From contig CP070634.1 of NCBI GenBank assembly GCA_020356105.1, forward strand, positions 3,242,465 to 3,306,464: DNA of 64,000 bases, in the 5' to 3' direction. Below are positions 42,340 through 52,367 of the stretch, piece after piece. The notes beneath the pieces were generated by a model, which was not told where the DNA came from, did no database searches, and worked only from the letters and a program-made list of their open reading frames with translations. The translations under genes and the position numbers were made by a program. This DNA comes from Rhodospirillales bacterium (GTDB lineage: Bacteria > Pseudomonadota > Alphaproteobacteria > UBA8366 > JADFVY01). Each line of letters opens with the position of its first letter. Within the stretch, counting starts at the first letter, position 1.

Positions 42340-42942
42340 CTATTGCCGTGCCATGGAGCGCAGCAACGCGTCGAAATCCCGGAAGCTCATGGCACCGGTG
42401 ATCACCCGTTCTCCGACGACGAAGGCCGGCGTGCTGTTGACGCCGTGCTGCGTCTGCCCGACGATCCGCGATTGCAGCACGCCGTCGAGCAGCGCGTCAT
42501 CGTCGAGGCAGTCTTCGATCGTCTGCCGATTCAGGCCGCGCGACTCCGCGATCTGAATCAGCACGGGCGTCGGATCGTCCATCTCCGCCCATGAAGACTG
42601 ACGGCTGAACAGGACGCCGAGCACGCGATAGTATTGATCTTCCGGGGCGCAGCGGGCGATCACGGCCGCCGTCGCCGCGTTGTTGTCGAGCGGGAAATCC
42701 CTGTATATCAGCTTCGCCCGGCCCGTATCCAGCCACTCGCGCTTGAGCCGCGGCATCGTGGCCTTGTGGAAGGTCGCGCAGTGCCCGCAGGTCAGCGAGG
42801 CATATTCGATGATTGTGATCGGTGCGTCCGGACTGCCGAACACGCGGTCCTCCAGTAGCATTTCCTCGGGGGAGTCGTCGCAGCCGGAGAGAAAAGTCAG
42901 GGACACGACGATCGCGGCGAGGATGGAGACGGTTCTGCTCAC
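42340..42942 (-). CDS. DsbA-family thiol:disulfide oxidoreductase, lipoprotein (paralog 2)
   Basis: The GTG at 42942 gives VSRTVSILAAIVVSLTFLSGC (lipobox). Active site CGHCATFH. It shares GRAKLIYRD and ARCAPED blocks with paralog 1. Confidence 0.8.
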   Translation of the reverse strand: MSRTVSILAAIVVSLTFLSGCDDSPEEMLLEDRVFGSPDAPITIIEYASLTCGHCATFHKATMPRLKREWLDTGRAKLIYRDFPLDNNAATAAVIARCAPEDQYYRVLGVLFSRQSSWAEMDDPTPVLIQIAESRGLNRQTIEDCLDDDALLDGVLQSRIVGQTQHGVNSTPAFVVGERVITGAMSFRDFDALLRSMARQ

Positions 42943-43034
42943 TCTGCACTCTCCCGGCGGTGGATCGGGGGAACTCGGATACTGGTTCGCGATTGTGGCG
43001 TCATCAAGGTCCCGCGCACGGCGGCGCGCGATTC

Positions 43035-43574
43035 TCAATCGCCCCGATCACGGTGGCCCTCGCTTATCATGGCCCGGCCGAGCCGCGCAAGGGCGGCCCT
43101 GATCTCAGGATCGTCGACCGCCGCCAGAGCGGCCGCGAGGCTTTCGTCATCTGCGCCGGGCGTCTTCGCGTTGCCGGGGGGTCGCGCCCGGGCCCGTGCG
43201 CGCGCCGCCATCGCGGCATCCGGCGGTGCCTGGAGGATGGTGATCCGGTCGATCGCGCGATAGCCGAAATGGCCGTTGATGCGTTCCAGCAACTGCGGCA
43301 CCAGATGTTGCAGCTCGGTGGCGAGCCCGCCGGCCACGCGGATCCGCAATTCGCCGCCCGACGTCCTCCCGCGCGGAAAGCGGATACGGTCCGGCCAGCA
43401 GGATGCCGCCAGTTCCGGCCCGACGACGGCGCGCCAGTCGGCGATCAGGCCGCCCTCGGCGAAACCGCGGCGTCCTAGGGTGCGCCCGGCGATGCCGCCG
43501 AGCGTCGCGGCCAGCGGTCGCGGTCCGCCGCCGCGCTTGCCGCCGTCTTTTGCTTGTTTCGGTCGGTCGGTCAT
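43035..43574 (-). CDS. DUF721 domain protein (DciA-family candidate helicase loader)
   Basis: …LIADWRAVVGPELAASCWPDRIRFPR…GGELRIRVAGGLATELQHLVPQLLERINGHFGYRAIDRITI… is the DUF721 core. It is divergent from mutY. ATG at 43574. Confidence 0.7.
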   Translation of the reverse strand: MTDRPKQAKDGGKRGGGPRPLAATLGGIAGRTLGRRGFAEGGLIADWRAVVGPELAASCWPDRIRFPRGRTSGGELRIRVAGGLATELQHLVPQLLERINGHFGYRAIDRITILQAPPDAAMAARARARARPPGNAKTPGADDESLAAALAAVDDPEIRAALARLGRAMISEGHRDRGD

Positions 43575-43617
43575 GCTGTGCTGATCCGCCAATGTCGAGA
43601 CCTGTAGTTACGCCCCG

Positions 43618-44688
43618 ATGAGCCGTCCGCGCAAGGCCCCCCTGGCCGAACTCCTGCTCGCCTGGTACGACCGGCACCGCCGAAAGCTGCCCTGGCGCGC
43701 ACCACCTGGCAAGGCGCCGGATCCTTACCATGTCTGGCTTTCCGAGATCATGCTGCAGCAGACGACGGTCGCCGCGGTGGGCCCGTATTTCGAAGCATTC
43801 CTGCGGCGCTGGCCGCGTGTGGCCGCGCTTGCGGCGGCGGATCTCGATGACGTGCTGCACGCCTGGCAGGGGCTCGGGTACTATGCGCGGGCCCGCAACC
43901 TACATCGCTGCGCGATCGAGATCGCGGGGCCGCGGGGCGGGCGGTTTCCCGACAGCGAGTCCGAGCTCCTGACGCTCCCGGGCGTCGGACCCTATACCGC
44001 AGCGGCGATCGCCGCCATCGCCTTCGGTCGCCGCGCCGTGGTCGTCGACGGCAATGTCGAGCGGGTGATGGCGCGCCTGCACGCGGTCGAGGAGCCGCTG
44101 CCCGGTGCCAAGAAACGACTCCGGGCTCTCGCCGACCGCCTGACCCCCGATGCGCGGGCCGGCGACTACGCCCAGGCGGTGATGGATCTGGGGGCGACGA
44201 TCTGCACCCTGCGCAGCCCGGATTGCCCCGCCTGCCCCTGGAGCGATTCCTGCGCCGGCCGTGCGATCGCCGTGTCTCTGCCGCGCCGTGCACCGAAGCC
44301 GGAACGGCCGTTGCGCCGTGCCATGGCGTTCTGGATCACGCGGCCCGACGGCAGCGTGCTGCTGCGCCGTCGGCCCGAGCGCGGCCTGCTCGGCGGGATG
44401 ATCGAGGCGCCGTCGACCGAGTGGCGCGCGGGGCCGATGCCGACACTTGCGGAGGCGCGGCGGCTCGCGCCTGTGCCGGCAAGCGACTGGCGCCGCCTCG
44501 CGGGCGTCGTCGAGCACGGGTTCACGCATTTCCGGCTTGAGCTCGCGGTGCTGTCGGGTCGGGTCGACGGCGCCGTGAGGCTCGACGGGGAGAACGGAGC
44601 CATCTGGTGCCATCCCGACCGCTTCGGCAAGCAGGCGCTGCCGACGGTGATGAAGAAGCTGGCCCGCCATGCGCTAAAGCATGGGTAG
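43618..44688 (+). CDS. mutY: A/G-specific adenine DNA glycosylase
   Basis: HhH motif LPGVGPYTAAAIAAIAFG, a 4Fe-4S C-x6-C-x2-C-x5-C motif (CTLRSPDCPACPWSDSC), and a NUDIX-like C-terminal domain. Confidence 0.93.
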   Translation: MSRPRKAPLAELLLAWYDRHRRKLPWRAPPGKAPDPYHVWLSEIMLQQTTVAAVGPYFEAFLRRWPRVAALAAADLDDVLHAWQGLGYYARARNLHRCAIEIAGPRGGRFPDSESELLTLPGVGPYTAAAIAAIAFGRRAVVVDGNVERVMARLHAVEEPLPGAKKRLRALADRLTPDARAGDYAQAVMDLGATICTLRSPDCPACPWSDSCAGRAIAVSLPRRAPKPERPLRRAMAFWITRPDGSVLLRRRPERGLLGGMIEAPSTEWRAGPMPTLAEARRLAPVPASDWRRLAGVVEHGFTHFRLELAVLSGRVDGAVRLDGENGAIWCHPDRFGKQALPTVMKKLARHALKHG

Positions 44689-44764
44689 AAGTCGGCCGTC
44701 CCGGCCGGCCTCGCCCGCGGCTCGCATTTCGGTTCTGTCTTGCCGATACGTTTGGCGCTTCCGC

Positions 44765-45187
44765 TCAGGGCAGGGTGAACTCCTGCGTCTTGCCGCTGAC
44801 GTCGAGGAGGTAGGTACCGGGTGCGAGGTCCTTCGTCTCCAGTGGGAAGGTCTCGCGGAAGCGCTTGATTACTTGGGCGCACATGACGTCTGACGGGCGA
44901 GAGGTGATAATTCTCAGGAAGATGACGTCATCGTCGCGGGTCTGCTCGAAATTGCGGATCGTCGTGCAGGCGTCGGCCATCCAGCCATAGACCACGACCC
45001 GCACCTGCACCGGCTGCGATTCCAGCACCACGATGTCGAAGCGCTCGACGCCGGCCAGCTGCAGCAGCGGCTTCGACGGGTTCGCCGCGCCATCGGCGTT
45101 CGCGGACGTCTCCGGCGCCGGACACCCGGCCAGCACGGCCGTGGCCAGCATGGCGGCGAGGGCAAGGTGAAGGGCACGTGCGATCAT
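44765..45187 (-). CDS. Uncharacterised lipoprotein
   Basis: MIARALHLALAAMLATAVLAGC lipobox. About 120-aa mature domain with two Cys. No family recognised by me. Confidence 0.55.
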   Translation of the reverse strand: MIARALHLALAAMLATAVLAGCPAPETSANADGAANPSKPLLQLAGVERFDIVVLESQPVQVRVVVYGWMADACTTIRNFEQTRDDDVIFLRIITSRPSDVMCAQVIKRFRETFPLETKDLAPGTYLLDVSGKTQEFTLP

Positions 45188-45266
45188 CTGGCTCTCCAGC
45201 GCGCCTCCCCCCTCCCGCGATCCTAGCACGACTCGGCGGTTTGCCCAGAGCGTCCTGCGGCGCGTT

Positions 45267-46421
<1,155 letters not shown>

Positions 46422-46439
46422 CTAATTCTTTCGGAATTA

Positions 46440-47042
46440 TTACTTCAGGAGTTTCGCGATCGGCGCGAAGCTGCGACGGTGGTGCCGAGTGACCCCGTGC
46501 ACCGCGAGCGCCTCGCTGTGTCGCTTCGTGCCATAGCCGGCGTTACCTTCCCAACCGTATTCGGGGCATTCCTCGGCCAGTCCGGCCATGATCCGATCGC
46601 GCGTCACCTTGGCGATGATCGACGCCGCGGCGATCGACAGGGCCCGTCCGTCGCCGCCGATGATACAGCGGGCCGGAACGCCGAGCTCGGGCACCCGGTT
46701 GCCGTCGACGATCGCATGGTCGGGCCGCAGGGGCAGCGCATCGACCGCCCGTCGCATGGCCAGCATCGTCGCCGCGAGGATGTTGAGCGCGTCGATCTCG
46801 GCGACGCTGGCCGCGCCGACGCCGACGGCGGCATGGGCCCTGATGAGATCGTGCAGCCGCTCGCGGGCCGGTTTCTTCAGCTTCTTCGAATCGTCCACCT
46901 CCCCAGCGAGGGTCCCCGGCATGGCCGCCGGGTCCAGCACCACCGCGGCGGCGATCACCGGGCCGGCCCAGGGGCCACGGCCGGCCTCATCGATGCCCGC
47001 AACGGTTCCGCCAAGCGAGTCCTCGATTGCGTAGTCAGGCAT
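46440..47042 (-). CDS. rnhB: Ribonuclease HII
   Basis: GIDEAGRGPWAGPV catalytic motif. ATG at 47042 (the track GTG is at 47051). It overlaps the upstream antiporter stop by 8 nt. Confidence 0.93.
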   Translation of the reverse strand: MPDYAIEDSLGGTVAGIDEAGRGPWAGPVIAAAVVLDPAAMPGTLAGEVDDSKKLKKPARERLHDLIRAHAAVGVGAASVAEIDALNILAATMLAMRRAVDALPLRPDHAIVDGNRVPELGVPARCIIGGDGRALSIAAASIIAKVTRDRIMAGLAEECPEYGWEGNAGYGTKRHSEALAVHGVTRHHRRSFAPIAKLLK

Positions 47043-48465
47043 CGCCGGCACCCCGTTGTGTCCGATCTTCTCCCGACCCCGGCGCCTCGTCCGGCGGCTC
47101 CGCCTCCGGCAGCGGGTCGTTGGCCGGCGGCGGCAGGGTTTCGGCGCGGGCCTGCAATTCCCGCTCGTGCCGGCGCCGCCAGTAATGCGCCTTGACGCGG
47201 ATGATCAGCCCATCGAACCACTGCGCCACACCCGAGGTCAGCCGCAGCGTCAGCCGCCACTCGCGGACATAGACCACCTTCAAGAGCGCCATCGGCGTCG
47301 GTGCGCTGCGCGCTGCCCGGTCGTGCAGGCGCCGCGCGCTGTGCATCCACAGCGGGCTGGTGACCAGCGAGACCACGGTGACGGCGACCACCAGGCGGTG
47401 GATGTCGGAGGCGATCAGCCCGTGATCGAGCGCTGCCGCGCCCAGCACGAAGGAGAACTCGCCGACCTGGGCGAGGCTGAGGCTGGTCATGAAGGCGCGC
47501 TGCGGCGGCTCACCCATGACCTGAAGTATGGCGACGTTGAGCCCGGTCTTGAACACAGCGACGAAGACCCACAGGGCGAGCACCAGCCACAGGTTCGCCC
47601 ACAGATAGGCAAGGTCGATCAGAAGGCCGATCGACAGGAAGAACACCATCAGCAGGATCGACTGGACCGGCTGCGCGACCTCGGCGACGGCGTGCCGTTG
47701 GGCACTGTTGCCGACCAGCAGCCCCGCGAAGAAGGCGCCATAGGCCGGCGTCAGCCCGGTAATACCGCCCAGCGCGGCGAAGCCGAAACACCAGCCGATC
47801 GCGGCGAGCGGCAAGAGGTCGACATTGCCGACGACCAGCTTGATCGGTAGCAGGTTGATCCGCCGCCGCCGGCTGAAGAACATGGTCACCGCCATCAGCA
47901 GGCCGATCGAGGCCGCCACCTTGAGGGCCACGGTAATCTGCAGCGCGCCGCCGGAAAGGCCGCCGACGATCAGCAGCATCGGCGCCACCGCCAGGTCCTG
48001 GGCGATCAGAACGCTGATCGCCGTGCGCCCGACGCGGGTGCGCAGCTCGCCGACATCGTCCAGCATCTTGACCGCAACGGCGGTGCTGCTGAGTGCCAGG
48101 ACGAAGCCGAAGAACACCGCGTAGCCCAGTGGCCAGCCCATAAAATGCTGGACCACCAGCATCGCGCCGATGCTGACCGCAATCTGGATCAGGGTCGAGT
48201 ACAGGCCGATCCGCCAAGTGAACCGGAAGCTGCGCAGCGACAGCTCCATGCCGATGAAGAACAGCAGCATCAGCACGCCGAGCTCGGCCAGCGCGCCGAC
48301 CTGGGCGCGGTCCGTGACCAGCCCGAGACCCGACGGGCCGAGCAGCACCCCGGCGACGATGTAGCCGACGATTGCCGGCTGGTTGAGGCGGGTCATCGCC
48401 ATGCCGCAGAGGGTTGCGGCGACGATGACGAAGGCCATGCCTGTCAGCTGCAGCGTGTCTTCCAT
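47035..48465 (-). CDS. Cation:proton antiporter (CPA2/Kef-like membrane domain, no RCK domain)
   Basis: MEDTLQLTGMAFVIVAATLCGMAMTRLNQPAIVGYIVAGVLLGPSGLG… with about 12 TM segments and a basic/Pro-rich C-terminal tail. Confidence 0.85.
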   Translation of the reverse strand: MEDTLQLTGMAFVIVAATLCGMAMTRLNQPAIVGYIVAGVLLGPSGLGLVTDRAQVGALAELGVLMLLFFIGMELSLRSFRFTWRIGLYSTLIQIAVSIGAMLVVQHFMGWPLGYAVFFGFVLALSSTAVAVKMLDDVGELRTRVGRTAISVLIAQDLAVAPMLLIVGGLSGGALQITVALKVAASIGLLMAVTMFFSRRRRINLLPIKLVVGNVDLLPLAAIGWCFGFAALGGITGLTPAYGAFFAGLLVGNSAQRHAVAEVAQPVQSILLMVFFLSIGLLIDLAYLWANLWLVLALWVFVAVFKTGLNVAILQVMGEPPQRAFMTSLSLAQVGEFSFVLGAAALDHGLIASDIHRLVVAVTVVSLVTSPLWMHSARRLHDRAARSAPTPMALLKVVYVREWRLTLRLTSGVAQWFDGLIIRVKAHYWRRRHERELQARAETLPPPANDPLPEAEPPDEAPGSGEDRTQRGAGDA

Positions 48466-48481
48466 GACTCCGGGCGCGAAT

Positions 48482-48535
48482 CGAATTCTTGCGGTTCAGG
48501 ATACGCGATAGTTCCTAACAAATCGCAAGAATTCG
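48482..48535 (-). promoter_or_regulatory. 12-bp perfect inverted repeat CGAATTCTTGCG-N30-CGCAAGAATTCG in the antiporter 5' region
   Basis: The arms are at 48482..48493 and 48524..48535. It lies between the DUF899 stop (48564) and the antiporter ATG (48465). GGAG SD follows at 48468..48471 (minus strand), 12 nt downstream of the repeat. Confidence 0.5.
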
Positions 48536-48563
48536 CAGCCGCCAGCCGCTGCGGCGCTATCGG

Positions 48564-49271
48564 TCAATCCTCGTAACTGTCGTGGCGGCGCAGCCATTCC
48601 ATGGTGAAGGCGAGCCCGTCCTCGTCGCGGCCCTTCGGCACCAGGTCGAGCAGGTTGTAGGCGCCGATCAGCATGTCGAGGCCCCGCGCATAGGCCGAAT
48701 AGGTATGGAAGACAGCGCCGTCCGCGTCCCTGCAGAAGACGCTGATGCCGGGCGCCTCCTCGCTCGGGAAGCCGCCGTCGGCATAGTTGTAGTGCACCGT
48801 TCCCGCCGCCACCGCGTCGGCCGGGAACGAGACCTGGTAATCGTAGTTGAAGTCGCTGCCCAGCGACGACAGCCACCTGAAGTTCCAGCCCATGCGCTCG
48901 CGGTAGGCCTGCAGCCTGTCCAGCGGCGCCCGCGAGATCACCACCATGCTGACGTCGCGATGGTTCAGATGCACGATCGCGCCGTCGAAATGGTCGGCGA
49001 GGTACGAGCAGGACGGGCAGCCCTCCTCCCAGTCCGGGCCGAACATGAAATGGTAGACGATCAGCTGGCTGCGGTCGGCGAACAGCTCGGCCAGCGTCTC
49101 GCGGCCGTCCGGGCCGTCGAAGGCGTAATCCTTGTCGACCTTGACCCAGGGCAGCCGGCGCCGTTCCGCGCTCAGCGCATCGCGCGCCCGGGTGAATTCC
49201 TTTTCCTTCGCCAGCAGCGCCTTGCGCGCGGCCAGCCAGTCCGACTGCGATACGATCCTGTGGTCTGTCAT
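48564..49271 (-). CDS. DUF899 thioredoxin-like protein
   Basis: MTDHRIVSQSDWLAARKALLAKEKEFTRARDALSAERRRLPWV…HFMFGPDWEEGCPSCS… is typical of DUF899. ATG at 49271. Confidence 0.8.
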   Translation of the reverse strand: MTDHRIVSQSDWLAARKALLAKEKEFTRARDALSAERRRLPWVKVDKDYAFDGPDGRETLAELFADRSQLIVYHFMFGPDWEEGCPSCSYLADHFDGAIVHLNHRDVSMVVISRAPLDRLQAYRERMGWNFRWLSSLGSDFNYDYQVSFPADAVAAGTVHYNYADGGFPSEEAPGISVFCRDADGAVFHTYSAYARGLDMLIGAYNLLDLVPKGRDEDGLAFTMEWLRRHDSYED

Positions 49272-49420
49272 CTCCGCTCTCCCGCCCTGTGGCGCCTGCG
49301 CGGCGCGTGCCGCGCCGTCTCCATTGACGTGGGACCGCAATGGCGCAGGGCAAGCGCTGACACCGCACGGCCCGGAAATGCCGCTATAGTATCGGCGGGC
49401 GCCAACAGGAGGGGGACGCG

Positions 49421-49966
49421 ATGAGCCAGACCGAGATGCTGAAGACCCTGACCCGCTACAACGCATGGGCCAACGCCGAGCTGCTGGCCGCGGTGCGGGC
49501 GCTGCCGGCGGGCGAGGCGACGCGCGAGCGGCCGAGCCTGTTCAAGACCATCGTTAACACGCTGAACCATCCCCTGGTCACCGACCGCATGTGGTGGGCG
49601 CATCTGCATGGCGAGCCGCACGGCTACAGGGCGCTCAACGAGGTGATCCACCCCGAACTCGAGGATCTCGCGGCGGCCCGGGCCGAGATGGACACCCGCA
49701 TCATCGGCTATGCCGATGCGCTGACGCCGGAAATTGCCGAGGAGCCGGTCTCCTTCACCCTGTTGAGCGGCGCCGCGGGCGTGATGAGCCGGGCCATGAT
49801 CCTGATGCACATCGTCAACCACAACAGCTACCACCGCGGTTTCGTGGTCGAGACCTTCTGCCAGATCCCGGCACCGCTGCCGCTGATCGACCTGCCGATC
49901 TTCCTGCGCGGCGCCGGCGGCCTGAGCACTCTGCCGCCGCATCTGAAACCCGCCGCCGGGGCGTAG
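49421..49966 (+). CDS. DinB-family protein
   Basis: …RYNAWANAELL…NHPLVTDRMW…IVNHNSYHRGF… is a DinB-like His pattern. AGGAGGGGG SD. Confidence 0.7.
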   Translation: MSQTEMLKTLTRYNAWANAELLAAVRALPAGEATRERPSLFKTIVNTLNHPLVTDRMWWAHLHGEPHGYRALNEVIHPELEDLAAARAEMDTRIIGYADALTPEIAEEPVSFTLLSGAAGVMSRAMILMHIVNHNSYHRGFVVETFCQIPAPLPLIDLPIFLRGAGGLSTLPPHLKPAAGA

Positions 49967-49967
49967 G

Positions 49968-51047
49968 CTACAGCAGCGCCAGCTGGTCGCCGGCCCGGGG
50001 CGGGCGGCAAAAGCGCGTCTCGTTCAGCGGCGGGTGGCCGTGATGCAGGCCGTGCCGCCGGCAGGCGAGCGCGAATCGGCTGGCGATCTGCTCGGCATAG
50101 GCGCCGGTGCCGGTCTGCCGCTTGCGCCATTCGCTCTGGTACAGCCTGCCGCCGCGGGTCTGGCGCACCAGGCTCAAGACCCGCTTGGCCCGCTCCGGAT
50201 AATGGGCGTCGAGCCAGTCGGCAAACAGCTCCTTGATCTCCAGCGGCAGGCGCAGCAGCACGTAACCTGCGGCGCCGGCGCCGGCTTGCGCGGCGGCCTC
50301 GAGGATCGCCTCGATCTCCTGGTCGTTGAGCGCCGGGACGATCGGCGCCGCCAGCACCGTCGCCGGCACGCCGGCCGCCGCCAGGTCGCCGATCGCCTCC
50401 AGCCGCTTTTCTGGCGTCGGCGCCCGCGGCTCCATGTGGCGGGCCAGAGCGCGGTCCAGCGTCGTCACCGATATCGCGACCCGCACCAGCCCCTGTTCGG
50501 CCATGGGCGCAAGGATGTCGAGGTCGCGTAGCACCAGGTTCGACTTGGTGACGATGCCGACCGGATGGCGGTAATCCGCCAGCACCTCGAGAATCCGCCG
50601 GGTCACGCGCTTGCCGCGCTCGACCGGCTGATAGGGGTCGGTGTTGGCCCCGAGCGCAATCGTCGCCGGGCGGTATTTCGGGTTGCGCAGCTCCGTCTCC
50701 AGGAGGTCGGGCGCGTCCGGCTTCCAGTACAGCCGGCTTTCGAAGTCGAGCCCCGGCGAATGGCCGAGATAGGCATGCGTCGGCCGCGCGAAACAGTAGA
50801 CGCAGCCATGCTCGCAGCCCTTATACGGGTTGATCGAGCGGTCGAAGGGCACGTCCGGCGACTGGTTGCGGGTGATGATCCGCCTTGTGCTGTCGACCGA
50901 GAGCGTCGTGCGCAGCGGCGGCGATTCGGCATCGCCGGACCCCCAGCCGTCATCCTCGGCGAAGCGCTGCGCCGCCTCGTAACGGCCGGTCGGATTGCCC
51001 ACTGCGCCGCGCCCCCTGCGCGGCCTGTCCGGGATCAGAGTGGTCAT
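49968..51047 (-). CDS. Radical SAM protein, PA0069 family (COG1533 SplB-like)
   Basis: RGRGAVGNPTGRYE N-terminus and the CEHGCVYC (C-x3-C-x2-C) cluster motif. ATG at 51047. Confidence 0.85.
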   Translation of the reverse strand: MTTLIPDRPRRGRGAVGNPTGRYEAAQRFAEDDGWGSGDAESPPLRTTLSVDSTRRIITRNQSPDVPFDRSINPYKGCEHGCVYCFARPTHAYLGHSPGLDFESRLYWKPDAPDLLETELRNPKYRPATIALGANTDPYQPVERGKRVTRRILEVLADYRHPVGIVTKSNLVLRDLDILAPMAEQGLVRVAISVTTLDRALARHMEPRAPTPEKRLEAIGDLAAAGVPATVLAAPIVPALNDQEIEAILEAAAQAGAGAAGYVLLRLPLEIKELFADWLDAHYPERAKRVLSLVRQTRGGRLYQSEWRKRQTGTGAYAEQIASRFALACRRHGLHHGHPPLNETRFCRPPRAGDQLALL

Positions 51048-51111
51048 CCGCCGAGCATAGAGAACAGAAGGCGAACATTCAAGGCTGCTGCTGCCAGCGG
51101 CGGTCTTAACC

Positions 51112-52200
51112 CTACCCCGGCAGCAGCGAGGCGAGGCCGCCCGGCTCGCGCCATTCGGCGCGGATCCGCTCCACGGTCGCGGCGGAGAGATAATCGCCTG
51201 TGCGGGCCTCGACATGGGCGATCAGAGCCGCATCACGGTTCTCGGCCGACCAGTCCTCGGTCGCCGCCGCCGCGTGCTTGGCCTTGAGCTTGCCCTTCTT
51301 CGATTCGACCCGCCATTTCGCCGACCAGGTGGTCGAGCGCAGCCAGGTCAGCCGGCGCAACGGCATCAGCCAGGGCTCCAGCGCATGGGCCAGGGCCGGC
51401 GGGATCGCGCCCAGATAGTGGCGGTAGAAATCGGCGACGTCCGCAGCGGCGATCTCGACCCCCGACTCGATATCCCAAGTGGTCGAGGTATAAAGGCTGG
51501 CATGCGCAAGGTCGATCGCCGGCGCCCCGTACAGCGCCTTCTCCAGATCGACGATGAAGGCGCGGCCGCGCCTGTCGATGACGTAGTTGCCGGGATGGGT
51601 GTCGGTCGCCACCAGTGTGATCGGCTGGTCGCGGCCGGCGCTGTCGGCGGCGAAGCTGCGGGCCCAGACGATCTCCTCCTCGATCATCCGGCGCGCCGCC
51701 GCATCGCCCGTCGCCGCCTCGAGATACGGCGCCTGGTCCTCGATGAAGGCCAGCGTGCCGGCGATCGGGTCGTCGTGCCAGGCCAGCGGCGCGCGGTCGC
51801 TCGGACCGGGCAGCGGCAGGCGATGGATCGAGGCGAGGCAGTCGGCGATCGCCGGGAGGTCGCGCGGCAGCGCCGCCGCGCGGCCCTCGATATGGTCGAC
51901 GATCACCGCCCCCATCGGAACGGATTGTGAGGGCTCGATCGCCCCGTGCAGGCGCGGCGCGTGCCCGCCGGCGGCGGCCCGGGTGAAGCCGGCGATCTGG
52001 TATGCGAGATTCTCACGTGCCGGCAGGCCGAATTGGCTCTGCCGGGGCACGCGCAGCAGCGCCCCGGTGCCGCGGATCGCGATGTGGTCGTGGGCGAGGC
52101 CCTTCTGCGGCATCGGCGCCAGCGCATCGCGCTTCACGCCCTCGAAGCCCGGCCGCGTGATCAGCGCCGCGTGCAGCGCGTCGAGATCCTCAGGGGTCAT
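51112..52200 (-). CDS. Phosphotransferase-family (APH/choline-kinase-like) protein
   Basis: Kinase-like catalytic region LVATDTHPGNYVIDRRGRAFIVDLEKA. ATG at 52200. Confidence 0.65.
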   Translation of the reverse strand: MTPEDLDALHAALITRPGFEGVKRDALAPMPQKGLAHDHIAIRGTGALLRVPRQSQFGLPARENLAYQIAGFTRAAAGGHAPRLHGAIEPSQSVPMGAVIVDHIEGRAAALPRDLPAIADCLASIHRLPLPGPSDRAPLAWHDDPIAGTLAFIEDQAPYLEAATGDAAARRMIEEEIVWARSFAADSAGRDQPITLVATDTHPGNYVIDRRGRAFIVDLEKALYGAPAIDLAHASLYTSTTWDIESGVEIAAADVADFYRHYLGAIPPALAHALEPWLMPLRRLTWLRSTTWSAKWRVESKKGKLKAKHAAAATEDWSAENRDAALIAHVEARTGDYLSAATVERIRAEWREPGGLASLLPG

Positions 52201-52367
52201 CAATTGTCTTCGCCACTGGCCCGTCCCGGCGCATTGATAGTGCGCCCCTCGGGCGCACGGCAACCCTGCGATCGTCAAAATCGCAGTTATTCCAGGATCG
52301 GCCGGCCGCTTCGCTCCCTCTGCGGGCCCGTGTGCAATGACCTCCGGCCCGTGCTAAACCCAAGCCT

